Assembly (NCBI GenBank): GCA_045588575.1
Contig: JAZNEJ010000012.1
Span: forward strand, 3,168 to 67,167
From: Eubacteriales bacterium
GTDB taxonomy: Bacteria > Bacillota > Clostridia > Oscillospirales > RGIG5299
DNA: 64,000 nucleotides
Reading direction: 5' to 3'
Under the pieces are notes generated by a model. The model saw only the letters and a program-made list of their open reading frames with translations. It was not told the origin of the DNA and did no database searches. Positions 1-9,546 of the stretch are shown here, in pieces. The position numbers and the translations under genes were made by a program. Positions within the stretch are counted from its first letter, which is position 1, and each line of letters starts with the position of its first letter.

Positions 1-402
1 AACGCTCCCGAGAAAATTGTTGCGGTTGCAAACACGGATAAAGGCGTTGACCTTTACACCAATGCCCTCCTTAAATATAAAAGCGGAGCTATTGCAAATA
101 TAACGTCTGCGATTAATGTGAAAAAGCCCGAAACCGCTTATATTTACGGCTCAAAAGGTTTTATTTTAATTCCTGAATTTTACGGAGCTAATGAGCTTAT
201 TATCGTAGCTGACGGAAAGCAACGGTTCGTTAAAAAGGAATATATCGGCAACGGATTTGAGGAAGAAATAATCGAATGTTGTAACTGTATTAATAGTGGA
301 AAAACCGAAAGTGATATATTACCTCTTGACGAAACTATAACTATTTTAAAGCAAATGGACGAAATACGAGAACAAATCGGAATTAAATATCCTTTTGATT
401 AA
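1..402 (+). CDS. Gfo/Idh/MocA-family oxidoreductase, C-terminal part (5'-truncated by window edge)
   Basis: The frame is open from base 1 (NAPEKIVAVANTDKGVDLYTNALLKYKSGAIA...IYGSKG...GFEEEI...ESDILPLDETI...MDEIREQIG), typical of the C-terminal domain of this family. Confidence 0.75.
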   Translation, partial: NAPEKIVAVANTDKGVDLYTNALLKYKSGAIANITSAINVKKPETAYIYGSKGFILIPEFYGANELIIVADGKQRFVKKEYIGNGFEEEIIECCNCINSGKTESDILPLDETITILKQMDEIREQIGIKYPFD

Positions 403-452
403 ATGATGTAATGAGAATATTTTTTAATGTGTCAATTGTGCGATATAACTAA

Positions 453-483
453 AAAAGCCTCCCTTTTAATAGGAAGGCTTTTC
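453..483. terminator. Probable bidirectional intrinsic terminator
   Basis: AAAAGCCTCCC/GGAAGGCTTTT inverted repeat between convergent genes. Confidence 0.65.
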
Positions 484-510
484 TTTTTACAGAATTATAT
501 ATTTCTTTAA

Positions 511-1884
511 TTAAACCATGCTTGCGGGGTCTAAAAGCTCATTTATTTCCTTTTCGCTCATAATGCGTTTTGCTTTTAAAACCTCACGAACTGATTCGCC
601 TGTTTTAATTGCGGTTTTTGCAATATCAGCAGCTTCGGCATAGCCAAGTTTAGGACAAATGGCAGTGATAACGCCAACAGAGCCGTCTACAAGCTCACGG
701 CAGCGTTTTTCATTTGCGGTAATACCCAAGACGCAGTTAACTGTGAGAGTGTTTACAGCGCCCGTGAGAGCCACGATAGACTCAAATAGTTTATGATACA
801 AGACAGGCTCGGCATAGTTAAGTTCAAGCTGACCTGCTTCTGAAGCCGCAGTAATGGAAATATCGTTTCCTATAATCAAGAAAGCGGTTTGCGACATAAC
901 CTCGGGAATAACGGGGTTTACCTTTCCGGGCATAATCGAAGAGCCGTTTTGCTTAGGAGGAAGGTTGATTTCCTGAAAACCGCAACGGGGGCCGGAAGAC
1001 ATAAGGCGGAAGTCGTTTGACATTTTAGAGCAAGAGCCTGCACAGTTCTTCAAAACAGAAGAAACGTATGAGAAAGAGTCTAAATTCTGGGTGCCATCAA
1101 CCATATCTTCTACTTTGACCAAAGGCATACCGGTAATTTCAGCCAAGGTGGGAGCCAAAGCTTTAACGTATTCGGGATTAGCGTTAATAGATGTACCAAT
1201 CGCCGTTCCACCCATATTGATTGTATACATTTCGTTAAGAGCTATGTTTAATCTCTTTATATCTCTTTGAATAGCCTTATCGTAGGCGCCGAATTCAGAA
1301 CCGAGACGAATCGGAACCGCATCTTGCATTTGAGTACGGCCCATTTTAATAACGTCTTTAAATTCTTCAGCCTTTGCCGCTAAAGCCTTTTCAAGCTCTT
1401 CAAGTTGTTTAATTGCCTTCGTGAGCAACTTTGCAGTGGTTATTTTTGCAGCAGAAGGAAAAACGTCGTTAGTAGACTGAGCGCGGTTTACGTGGTCGTT
1501 AGGATGAACAATGGTGTAATCGCCTTTTTTGCCGCCCAAAAGTTCAATGGCACGGTTAGCAATTACCTCGTTTGCATTCATATTAGCTGTTGTGCCTGCG
1601 CCGCCTTGAACGGGGTCGCAAATAAACTGGTCGTGAAATCTGCCTGCTATAATTTCATCACAAGCCTGAATAATAGCATTTTTGCGTTTTTCATCTAATT
1701 CTCCGACGTTATAGTTACAAATAGCACAAGCTTTTTTGATTTGCGCCAAGGTTTCTATAAATTCAGGACGAAGTCTTTGGCCTGTTATTTGGAAATTTTC
1801 GTAGCCGCGCAAAGATTGCACGCCATAATAAGCGTCAACAGGTACTTCTTTTGTGCCGATGGAATCCTTTTCAATTCGATACAT
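511..1884 (-). CDS. aspA: Aspartate ammonia-lyase
   Basis: Fumarate-lyase signature GSSIMPGKVNPVIPE; HPNDHVN.QSTND, KMGRTQMQDAVP and QGGAGT motifs. Confidence 0.92.
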   Translation of the reverse strand: MYRIEKDSIGTKEVPVDAYYGVQSLRGYENFQITGQRLRPEFIETLAQIKKACAICNYNVGELDEKRKNAIIQACDEIIAGRFHDQFICDPVQGGAGTTANMNANEVIANRAIELLGGKKGDYTIVHPNDHVNRAQSTNDVFPSAAKITTAKLLTKAIKQLEELEKALAAKAEEFKDVIKMGRTQMQDAVPIRLGSEFGAYDKAIQRDIKRLNIALNEMYTINMGGTAIGTSINANPEYVKALAPTLAEITGMPLVKVEDMVDGTQNLDSFSYVSSVLKNCAGSCSKMSNDFRLMSSGPRCGFQEINLPPKQNGSSIMPGKVNPVIPEVMSQTAFLIIGNDISITAASEAGQLELNYAEPVLYHKLFESIVALTGAVNTLTVNCVLGITANEKRCRELVDGSVGVITAICPKLGYAEAADIAKTAIKTGESVREVLKAKRIMSEKEINELLDPASMV

Positions 1885-2013
1885 TTTAATATCCCTTACT
1901 TTTCTCTATGATAGCAATAGTATGATATTTTATTTCTTTTATCATTATACTAGTTTTACAAAATAAAGTCAATCATTTTTAAGGATTTCCTAATAGAAAT
2001 TTATATTAAATAA

Positions 2014-2046
2014 AAAAACAGAGGATAAGTTCTATCCTCTGTTTTA
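2014..2046 (-). terminator. Intrinsic terminator of the ABC operon
   Basis: AAAACAGAGGATA-agttc-TATCCTCTGTTTT. Confidence 0.75.
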
Positions 2047-2050
2047 ATAA

Positions 2051-2893
2051 TTACAAAACGCTGTTTAAAAACTGTTTAAGTTTAGGATGTTTGGGATTAT
2101 TGAAAATTTCTTCGGGAGTTCCGTCTTCGGCTATTTTGCCTTCGTACATAAAGAGAACTCTATCGGAAACTTCCCTTGCAAATCCCATTTCGTGAGTTAC
2201 GACAATCATAGTCATACCTTCGGATGCAAGCTCTTTCATAACGTCCAAAACCTCGCCTACCATTTCGGGGTCAAGTGCGCTCGTGGGCTCATCGAAAAGC
2301 ATAACCTTAGGATTCATCGCAAGCGCTCTTATTATAGCAATTCTTTGCTTTTGACCGCCGGAAAGAGTTGAAGGATAATCGTTTGCTTTTTCTTCAAGCC
2401 CTATGCGTTTCAAGAGCTTAATAGCCTGCTCTTTAGCGTTGTTCTTAACCTCTGCGGGAGTTTGAGTTATAGGAACAAGCGGAAGTTTTTCTTTTTTAAA
2501 TAAATTAGAAAACTTTATTTTGAAATTCTTACGCTTTATGGCTTTTATATTTCTGAGCCCCACGTAAACGGGAGCAAGCATAATATTGTCTATTACCGTT
2601 TTGTTGTTAAAAAGGTTGAATTGCTGAAAAACCATTCCTATTTTTTCACGGTGAGTATTTATGTTGACTCTTACGTCGGCAATATCAACGCCTTGGAAAA
2701 ATATAGAGCCGCCCGTGGGGTCTTCCGGACAGTTTAAGCAACGCAAAAAGGTTGATTTTCCGCAGCCGGAAGGTCCTATAACAGTTATAACCTCACCGTT
2801 AGCTATATCGAGGTCTATACCCTTTAAAACTTGCAAATTTGCAAAGTCTTTTTGCAAATTGCGAACCGATATTATGTATTTATCTGCGTTCAT
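2051..2893 (-). CDS. Polar amino-acid ABC transporter ATP-binding subunit (GlnQ/ArtR-like) with a basic insertion
   Basis: Walker [35 protein letters not shown]. Confidence 0.92.
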   Translation of the reverse strand: MNADKYIISVRNLQKDFANLQVLKGIDLDIANGEVITVIGPSGCGKSTFLRCLNCPEDPTGGSIFFQGVDIADVRVNINTHREKIGMVFQQFNLFNNKTVIDNIMLAPVYVGLRNIKAIKRKNFKIKFSNLFKKEKLPLVPITQTPAEVKNNAKEQAIKLLKRIGLEEKANDYPSTLSGGQKQRIAIIRALAMNPKVMLFDEPTSALDPEMVGEVLDVMKELASEGMTMIVVTHEMGFAREVSDRVLFMYEGKIAEDGTPEEIFNNPKHPKLKQFLNSVL

Positions 2894-3575
2894 TGCGGTT
2901 CAACCTCTTTTCCATACGTTTTATGAGATAAGAAATTCCCAAAACGAGCACGAGATAAACAACAGCCAACATAACATAAGGAATTACGTATTCATAGTTT
3001 GCATCGCCGATGGAACGGAAAGCTTTGGTAAGATCGGTAACGGCAATAAAGCTTACTACCGAGGTTTCCTTAATAAGAACAATAAATTCATTTCCCAATG
3101 TGGGAAGAATATTCTTAATAGACTGCGGAATAACTATTTTAAGCATTGCAGTCCAATAAGGAAGACCTACTGCCCTACCCGCTTCAAGCTGACCATAATC
3201 GACCGATTGTATTCCCGCACGCATTATTTCCGAAACGTATGCGGCGCTGTTTAATCCAAAAATTATAATTGCAACGGCAATTGCATCAGCCGAAATACCG
3301 ATTCCGGGAAGCAATACGTAATATCCTATAAGAAGCTGAACAACCATAGGGGTTCCGCGGAAAAATCCGACGTAAACGTCGCAAATTCCTGCCGCAATTT
3401 TAGCAAAAATATTGTTTTTCGGCATTACTTTTATGAGAGCTATAAGGGTGCCGAAAACAACACCGATTATTAAACCTAAAACTGCTATTTCAACAGTCGT
3501 AAGCAAACCAGAAAGGACAGTCTTATAACCGTCCTTTGTGATGAGCTGTTCGTAAAAATTTTCCCAGCCTGCCAT
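2880..3575 (-). CDS. Polar amino-acid ABC transporter permease (HisM/GlnP family)
   Basis: [39 protein letters not shown]. Confidence 0.92.
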   Translation of the reverse strand: MAGWENFYEQLITKDGYKTVLSGLLTTVEIAVLGLIIGVVFGTLIALIKVMPKNNIFAKIAAGICDVYVGFFRGTPMVVQLLIGYYVLLPGIGISADAIAVAIIIFGLNSAAYVSEIMRAGIQSVDYGQLEAGRAVGLPYWTAMLKIVIPQSIKNILPTLGNEFIVLIKETSVVSFIAVTDLTKAFRSIGDANYEYVIPYVMLAVVYLVLVLGISYLIKRMEKRLNRNERR

Positions 3576-3580
3576 TATTC

Positions 3581-4426
3581 TTACTTAACGTTTGCTGCGA
3601 GAGCTGCTAAAACTTCTTCTGCAGTGGTGCAGTTAGCAAAAGTATTATCGTTTTCGAGAACAACAAGCATCTGAGCTGCTTCGTAATAAGATTCGGTGAA
3701 GTTTACAGATTCCTGGCGTTTTGCGTTAACGGTAAGACCTGCCATAGCAATATCAATGCCGTTTGAACCAACGGAAGTTACAACGGAATCAAATTCCATA
3801 TCCATTATAACAAGCTCCATATTGAGCTGCTGTGCAATGTATGCTGCGATTTCCATATCGATACCTGCAAATTTGTCGCCGTCCTTATATTCGAAGGGAG
3901 CGAAAGCTGCATTTGTTGCAACAACGAGCTGAGTATCTGCTTTAGAAGCATCGAAGGTTGCAGAATTGAAGGGTTTGATGCCTTCGCCGGTTGCATAAGC
4001 AGCAACGATTTCGTTGAGCTTGCCGGTTGCTTTCATATCTGCAAGAATGTTGTTTACAGAAGCAAGAAGTTCGGGCTGTGCTTTGTCAACACCGAAAGCG
4101 TATTCTTCTTCGGTAAGAGCAACGTCGATTACTTTAATGCCGCTGATTTTCTGAACAAGCTGTTTTGCAGGCTGTTCGTCAATCATAACGTATTTAACGT
4201 TGTTGTTTTTCATGTCTGCAACTGCAAGGCCGCCGTTGCTATAGCCCTTTGAATAGTAGCCTGCAATTCCGTCAAATCCCCAGTCTGCGTCGCCGTCAAC
4301 GAAATACTGACCTGTGGTTCCGCTTTGAACACCGATGTAAACCTTGTTGTCGCCGCAAGCGGACATTGTGAATACGAGTGCTGCAATCATCATAATTGCG
4401 AGAGTGAGTGCTAAAATCTTTTTCAT
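3581..4426 (-). CDS. Family-3 amino-acid substrate-binding lipoprotein, circularly permuted
   Basis: Lipobox MSAC (Cys24). All SBP_bac_3 blocks are present, but IGVQSGTTG...EEEYAF...LNEIVAAY precedes LVVATNAAFAPFEY...VNFTESYY. Confidence 0.85.
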   Translation of the reverse strand: MKKILALTLAIMMIAALVFTMSACGDNKVYIGVQSGTTGQYFVDGDADWGFDGIAGYYSKGYSNGGLAVADMKNNNVKYVMIDEQPAKQLVQKISGIKVIDVALTEEEYAFGVDKAQPELLASVNNILADMKATGKLNEIVAAYATGEGIKPFNSATFDASKADTQLVVATNAAFAPFEYKDGDKFAGIDMEIAAYIAQQLNMELVIMDMEFDSVVTSVGSNGIDIAMAGLTVNAKRQESVNFTESYYEAAQMLVVLENDNTFANCTTAEEVLAALAANVK

Positions 4427-4454
4427 TTTATTTTTCCTTTCTTCTATTCTATAA

Positions 4455-4592
4455 TGAATAAAAATGTATTTCTATGTGCTATATTCTAACACCCATATTA
4501 TATTTTGTCAATTATTTTTTTATATTTTTTCATATTTGTTGCAAATTCATCGCATTTATGCATATTTTTATGCATAAATATGGGTTTATGCA
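4455..4592 (-). promoter_or_regulatory. SigA promoter of the ABC operon plus ArgR-like operator boxes
   Basis: Minus strand TTGACA(4511-4506)-17-TGnTAGAAT(4488-4483). ARG-box-like TGAATAAAAATGTA at 4455-4468; repeated TGCATA/TATGCA half-sites at 4558-4592. Confidence 0.55.
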
Positions 4593-4670
4593 TAATTTTT
4601 CTATGTAAAGGTATATTGCTTTATATTGTTTTTCCCAATTTTAATAGTTACTTTCTTTTTTTGTTTTTTA

Positions 4671-4699
4671 TTGCATTTTTTGCTAATATATGTTAAAAT
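4671..4699 (+). promoter_or_regulatory. SigA promoter of the femAB-like gene
   Basis: TTGCAT-17-TAAAAT with extended TG. Confidence 0.55.
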
Positions 4700-4740
4700 T
4701 ATAAAAGAATAAAATACGTTTTACGAGGTTTATCTGCGTT

Positions 4741-5808
4741 ATGACAGAGATTTTAAAATCAACCCAATACGACGAATACGAGGCGTTCGCATCAAGCTAT
4801 ACCGATGCCAGCTTCACCCAGTCTATTCATTGGACAAAGGTTAAGAAGAACTGGGGGCACGAGGTTGTTGTTTCGAGAGATGCAAACGGCAAAATAAGAG
4901 GCGGAATGCTCATTCTTATAAGACGACTAATGCCGGGATTTACTTTTTTATATGCGCCCAGAGGTCCCGTTGCCGATATTTGCGATAAAGAGGTTTTTTC
5001 AGAGCTTCTTGACGGCGCAAAAGCCGTTGCCAAAAAATACCGCGCATTCGAACTTAAAATAGACCCCATGGTTTTAGAAACCGACGAAGAAAAAATCAAG
5101 GTATTAAAAGATTTCGGCTTCCGTTTCAAGCCTAATGCCGATGAATACGATACCGTTCAACGCAGATACAACTACGTTCTTCCCGATATTCAAGGCAAAA
5201 CACCCGAAGAACTTATGGCCTCTTTCAAGCCTAAATGCCGTTACAATATAAGAGTTGCCGAAAAACACGGCGTTGAGTGCAAGGCTTACGGTGTTGAAGG
5301 CGTTAAAGATTTCACAAGGCTTTCGGTTATAACTGGAATTCGCGACCAATTCCCTGTTCGTTCCGAAGAATATTATGCCGGAATGCTTGAAGCTTTTGGT
5401 CCTGAACATATGAGAATTTACCTTTGCGATTATCAGGGACACAAAATTTCGGGGGCAATGACTTGCAATTGGGGCGGCAGAACAAGCTATATTTTCGGCG
5501 CATCCGACAATGAATTCAGAAACACCATGCCCAACTACATTATGCAATGGACCATGATGCAATGGGCTCTTGAAACAAACTGTAAGGTTTATGATTTTAT
5601 GGGCATTGCCGCAAAGCTTGATGAAAACAGTCCTACTTATGGAGTTTACCGTTTTAAAACGGGCTTTAGCGGTGCGGTTGTTGCTTACGCAGGTGAATTT
5701 GATTACGTTTTTAATCCCCTTGCCTATTTTATCTTTACTTCAATGCTAACTGCAAGAAAGATTTTGGGAAATATTAAATATAAAATAAAAAATTGGGGTA
5801 AAAAATAA
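4741..5808 (+). CDS. FemAB/FemX/MurM-family peptidoglycan bridge aminoacyltransferase
   Basis: QS..W.KVK.NW, YAPRGPV, LKIDP, RYNIRVAEKHGV, PNYIMQW, YDFMGI, GVYRFKTGF, GEFD. Confidence 0.9.
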   Translation: MTEILKSTQYDEYEAFASSYTDASFTQSIHWTKVKKNWGHEVVVSRDANGKIRGGMLILIRRLMPGFTFLYAPRGPVADICDKEVFSELLDGAKAVAKKYRAFELKIDPMVLETDEEKIKVLKDFGFRFKPNADEYDTVQRRYNYVLPDIQGKTPEELMASFKPKCRYNIRVAEKHGVECKAYGVEGVKDFTRLSVITGIRDQFPVRSEEYYAGMLEAFGPEHMRIYLCDYQGHKISGAMTCNWGGRTSYIFGASDNEFRNTMPNYIMQWTMMQWALETNCKVYDFMGIAAKLDENSPTYGVYRFKTGFSGAVVAYAGEFDYVFNPLAYFIFTSMLTARKILGNIKYKIKNWGKK

Positions 5809-5816
5809 ATTTTCTA

Positions 5817-5845
5817 TTGAATTTCTTTTTTTAAAGTGTTATTAT
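5817..5845 (+). promoter_or_regulatory. SigA promoter of SGNH paralogue 1
   Basis: TTGAAT-17-TATTAT with TG extension. Confidence 0.55.
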
Positions 5846-5879
5846 TAAATTACGTAAACCAATAAAGTGAGGTTATTTT

Positions 5880-6986
5880 ATGAAAAAATTAGCAGTATTA
5901 CTACTGGCAGCCTTTACCTTTTTACTCACCGCTTGCAATCCACAAACTAACGGAGGTACAACTATGAAACAATCATTAGAGTCTGTTGTTATGATTAAAA
6001 CAGAGTGGAACCAGTTAAGATTCAAAGATATCGAAAAAGGTTCTTTTGTTTTAAAAAGTGTTGACGGCACAAAAACCTACGTTGAAGGTGTCGACTACGA
6101 AATAGACTACAAAAACGGAAAAATCCGCAGAATTGAAGGAACTAAAATTCCCGATTTCTCAAAAAACTATACTTACGGAATGGCTGTGAAAACGCTCAAT
6201 CACGACCTTGTTACAGACGTAACCACTTTCCACAATTCATACTTTACTGTTTACGCCGAATATAATTTTAATAAAGACGTTAACGAAACTTACGACCAAA
6301 CTCTTAAAGCGATAAATGAAACCAATAACACGGCAATTCCTCAAAACGTTATCGATAAAATAAACAACGGTGAAGATATCGTTTTAGGTGTTATAGGCGA
6401 TAGCATAAGCTACGGTGCAGAAGCAACTCCCGGCAAAGAATATTTTTCTTTATTAAAAGATTATCTTGCAAATTACGGCCCGAACCCCGTTAACGTTACA
6501 CTCGTTAACGTTGCGGTCGGCGGTGATGCTTCCGATGCAGGATTCGGCCAGGCTCAAAAACTTTATCAGCAGTGCGGAGAAAACGAGCCCGACCTCGTTA
6601 TTATTGCATTCGGTATGAACGACCAGAACTCGTTAATAGACAGCGTTACCAGAATTCCTCCTCAACAGTACGTTGCTAACATTAAAACGGTTATAAGATA
6701 TATCTCAGAAATAGCCGCAAAAGAGGTTCCCGATTTTATTGTTGTTACTTCTATGTCGCCCAATCCCATTTGGGTTTATACTCATCCTAACCAAGCTCAA
6801 TGGCATGATGCATTAAGAGAATATGCTTCGCAAAACAATATCCCGATTGCAGACGTTGCTGCTTTTATGCAAAGTCAATACGATAAGGGCCAAAGCGTTG
6901 AAGAAATTGTTTACTCAAACATCAACCATCCCGGAAACTACGGTCATAAGCTCTATTTCGAGGTTTTCAAATCTCTTTTTGAATAA
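5880..6986 (+). CDS. SGNH/GDSL-family lipoprotein, paralogue 1
   Basis: Lipobox LTAC; GDSIS, AVGG, FGMNDQ and INHP blocks; N-terminal YVEGVDY.IDY..GKIRR domain. Confidence 0.85.
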   Translation: MKKLAVLLLAAFTFLLTACNPQTNGGTTMKQSLESVVMIKTEWNQLRFKDIEKGSFVLKSVDGTKTYVEGVDYEIDYKNGKIRRIEGTKIPDFSKNYTYGMAVKTLNHDLVTDVTTFHNSYFTVYAEYNFNKDVNETYDQTLKAINETNNTAIPQNVIDKINNGEDIVLGVIGDSISYGAEATPGKEYFSLLKDYLANYGPNPVNVTLVNVAVGGDASDAGFGQAQKLYQQCGENEPDLVIIAFGMNDQNSLIDSVTRIPPQQYVANIKTVIRYISEIAAKEVPDFIVVTSMSPNPIWVYTHPNQAQWHDALREYASQNNIPIADVAAFMQSQYDKGQSVEEIVYSNINHPGNYGHKLYFEVFKSLFE

Positions 6987-6993
6987 TAAATTC

Positions 6994-7022
6994 AAAGCCC
7001 AAACAAAAATGTTTGGGCTTTT
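6994..7022 (+). terminator. Intrinsic terminator
   Basis: AAAGCCCAAACA-aaaa-TGTTTGGGCTTTT. Confidence 0.75.
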
Positions 7023-7025
7023 CTA

Positions 7026-7054
7026 TTGCAATTTTAAATTAAAAATGTTATATT
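7026..7054 (+). promoter_or_regulatory. SigA promoter of SGNH paralogue 2
   Basis: TTGCAA-17-TATATT with TG extension. Confidence 0.55.
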
Positions 7055-7088
7055 ATTTTATATTGATTTTATCGAGGTTTGATATAAT

Positions 7089-8195
7089 ATGAAAAAGAAA
7101 TTTTTTAAAAATTTTACTGTAATTCTATTAGCTTTATTTACCTTTTTACTTGGTTCCTGCGCAATGAAAGAAACGCTTCCCCAAGTAAATGAATCGGTTG
7201 TTATGATTAAAACCGAATGGAATCAGTTGAGATTTACAGACATTGAAAAGGGTTCGCTCGTCTTAAAAAATGGCAGAGTCACCTATGTTGAAGGTGTTGA
7301 CTATGAGGTCGACTATGCGAATGGACGTATTCGCAGGCTTGAAAAGAGTAAAATTCCCGATTTTTCAAGAAATCCTTTATATAACGCTGCAGATAAAAGC
7401 TTTAATCACGAAGAATATAAAACATCTACTTCTTTCCATGCTTCCTATTTTACCGTTACTGCAAGCTATAACTTTGGAAAAGAAGCAAATAAGAACGATA
7501 CTTACGAGGCTGTTCTTGCCGCAGCAAATGCAAAAAACCAAACTGCCATTCCCACAAACGTAATTAACAAAATTAAGAACGGACAGGATATTTTAATCGG
7601 TGTTGTCGGCGATAGTATAAGCGTCGGTGCCGAAGCAACCCAAGGGAATGAATATTTCACTTTATTTGCAAAATATCTTGAAACTTACGGTGAAACTCCC
7701 GTTAAGGTTGATTTGGTTAACGTTTCGGTTGGCGGTGATGCTTCCGATGCAGCAATAACTCGTTCAAACCAGCTTTATCAGCAGTGCACCGAAAAAGAAC
7801 CCGACCTTGTTATTATCGCTTACGGTATGAACGACCAGAATTCAACCTCAACCACTCCGAGAATTTCTCCTCAGCAATATGTTTCAAATATAAGAAACAC
7901 TATAAATAACATTAGAAACCTTGCTAAAAGCGCGCCGGATTTTATTGTTGTTACCGCAATGCCTGCAAATCCGATTTGGCTTCACACAAGTGGCAAATGG
8001 TACGATTTCGGCAATGCACTTCGTGATTTTGCAAAGCAAAACAGCATTCCTATTGCCGATGCGGGCGCTCTTTTTAAAGCCGAACTTGATTACGGTCAAA
8101 ATTATGAAGAATTTATAATTTCTATGATTAATCATCCCGGCGATTACGGACACTCACTTTATTTCAGAGCTTTAAAATCGCTTTTCACTGAATAA
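7089..8195 (+). CDS. SGNH/GDSL-family lipoprotein, paralogue 2
   Basis: Lipobox LGSC; GDSIS, SVGG, YGMNDQ, MINHP; collinear with paralogue 1. Confidence 0.85.
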   Translation: MKKKFFKNFTVILLALFTFLLGSCAMKETLPQVNESVVMIKTEWNQLRFTDIEKGSLVLKNGRVTYVEGVDYEVDYANGRIRRLEKSKIPDFSRNPLYNAADKSFNHEEYKTSTSFHASYFTVTASYNFGKEANKNDTYEAVLAAANAKNQTAIPTNVINKIKNGQDILIGVVGDSISVGAEATQGNEYFTLFAKYLETYGETPVKVDLVNVSVGGDASDAAITRSNQLYQQCTEKEPDLVIIAYGMNDQNSTSTTPRISPQQYVSNIRNTINNIRNLAKSAPDFIVVTAMPANPIWLHTSGKWYDFGNALRDFAKQNSIPIADAGALFKAELDYGQNYEEFIISMINHPGDYGHSLYFRALKSLFTE

Positions 8196-8203
8196 TTAAA
8201 ACG

Positions 8204-8240
8204 AAAACCAAGAAAGCAAGACAGTTTTCTTGGTTTTTTT
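8204..8240 (+). terminator. Intrinsic terminator
   Basis: AAAACCAAGAAA...TTTCTTGGTTTT followed by a T-tract. Confidence 0.7.
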
Positions 8241-8249
8241 ATTTTTTTA

Positions 8250-8278
8250 TTGAAAAATTTTATAGAATATGTTATATT
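8250..8278 (+). promoter_or_regulatory. SigA promoter of SGNH paralogue 3
   Basis: TTGAAA-17-TATATT with TG extension. Confidence 0.55.
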
Positions 8279-8316
8279 AGATAAGTAAATATCTAAAAAA
8301 GAATATAGGTGATTTT

Positions 8317-9534
8317 ATGAAAAACAAATCTATTACAAAGCGTTTAACCGCATTAGCTTTGGCGTTATTACTTTTAACGCTTTCGGCTTGTACGGTTGCG
8401 CCCGAAAATCCGGAAAGCAGCACTCCCCCCTCTTCAACTCCCGAAAGCAGCGTTCCGTCTTCTACTCCTGAATCAAGTGTCCCCGAAGCAAGCACTCCCG
8501 AAGCTTCTAACGAAAGCGTTCAAAAAATTGAAGCAGTTGTTATGATTCAAAATAATTGGAATCAGTTAAGATTTAAAAACATTAAAGAAGGAACTCTTGT
8601 TTTAAAAAGCGCATTAGGCAATACTACCTATGTTGAAGGCACCGACTATGAGGTTGACTACGAAAACGGGAAAATTCGCAGACTTGCAAACAGCAGAATT
8701 CCTGATTTTTCAAATAACATTACCTACGGAATGCCTTTGAAATCTCTTAACCACGATACCGTTAAAGACGCAACAACCTTCCACAACTCTTATTTCACTG
8801 CTTATGCAACCTACACTTATGATAAAGAGTCAAACGATACATACGATGAGATTCTTGAAAACATAAACGGCACGAATGCAACCGTTCTTCCCACAAAGTT
8901 GATTAATAAAATTATGAGCGGCAAAGATGTTGTAATTGGTGTTGTTGGCGACAGTATCAGCACGGGCGCAGAAGCAACCTCAGGAAACGAATATTTCACC
9001 TTGCTTAAGAATTATCTTGAAAACCTCGGTCCGAAAAAGGTTAAGGTTACCTTATATAACGTTTCTGTCGGTGGTCATGCTTCTAACTCCGCTTACGAAC
9101 GTTCAAACGCCCTTTACCAACAGTGCGGCAATAATCAGCCCGACCTTGTTATTATTGCTTACGGAATGAACGACCAAAACACCCTTGCTACTACTCCCGC
9201 TCAAGCTCCCAACCGTTACGTTGCAAATATTAAGGTTGCAATTAACAGCGCTATTAAGGTAAAGGCCACCAACGACGTTGAAATAATGGTTGTTACCTCA
9301 ATGTCACCTAACCCCATTTGGATTTATTCTAACCCCGATCAATCGCAGTGGCATAATGCACTTCGCACTTTTGCAAAGGACAACGGAATCATTCTTGCCG
9401 ACGTTGCAGCATTTATGAAAGCTGAAATGGAGCATGGTCAGACTGTTGAAGAAATCGTTTATTCAAATATTAACCATCCCGGAAACTACGGCCATTATCT
9501 CTATTTCTTGACAATTAAATCACTTTTTGAATAA
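8317..9534 (+). CDS. SGNH/GDSL-family lipoprotein, paralogue 3, with a Pro/Ser/Glu linker
   Basis: Lipobox LSAC; PESSTP/PESSVP repeats; GDSIS, YGMNDQ, NINHP. Confidence 0.85.
   Translation: MKNKSITKRLTALALALLLLTLSACTVAPENPESSTPPSSTPESSVPSSTPESSVPEASTPEASNESVQKIEAVVMIQNNWNQLRFKNIKEGTLVLKSALGNTTYVEGTDYEVDYENGKIRRLANSRIPDFSNNITYGMPLKSLNHDTVKDATTFHNSYFTAYATYTYDKESNDTYDEILENINGTNATVLPTKLINKIMSGKDVVIGVVGDSISTGAEATSGNEYFTLLKNYLENLGPKKVKVTLYNVSVGGHASNSAYERSNALYQQCGNNQPDLVIIAYGMNDQNTLATTPAQAPNRYVANIKVAINSAIKVKATNDVEIMVVTSMSPNPIWIYSNPDQSQWHNALRTFAKDNGIILADVAAFMKAEMEHGQTVEEIVYSNINHPGNYGHYLYFLTIKSLFE
8398..8520 (+). repeat. Low-complexity coding repeat (PESS[TV]P-like)
   Basis: PENPESSTPPSSTPESSVPSSTPESSVPEASTPEAS; recurrent ACTCCCGAA. 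Confidence 0.75.
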
Positions 9535-9546
9535 AATAATCAAAAC

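Noticed and set aside
4505-4696. 63-aa hydrophobic ORF in the divergent intergenic region (likewise 18556-19020)
   Set aside because: AT-rich promoter DNA with no RBS; the composition simply reflects T-tracts.
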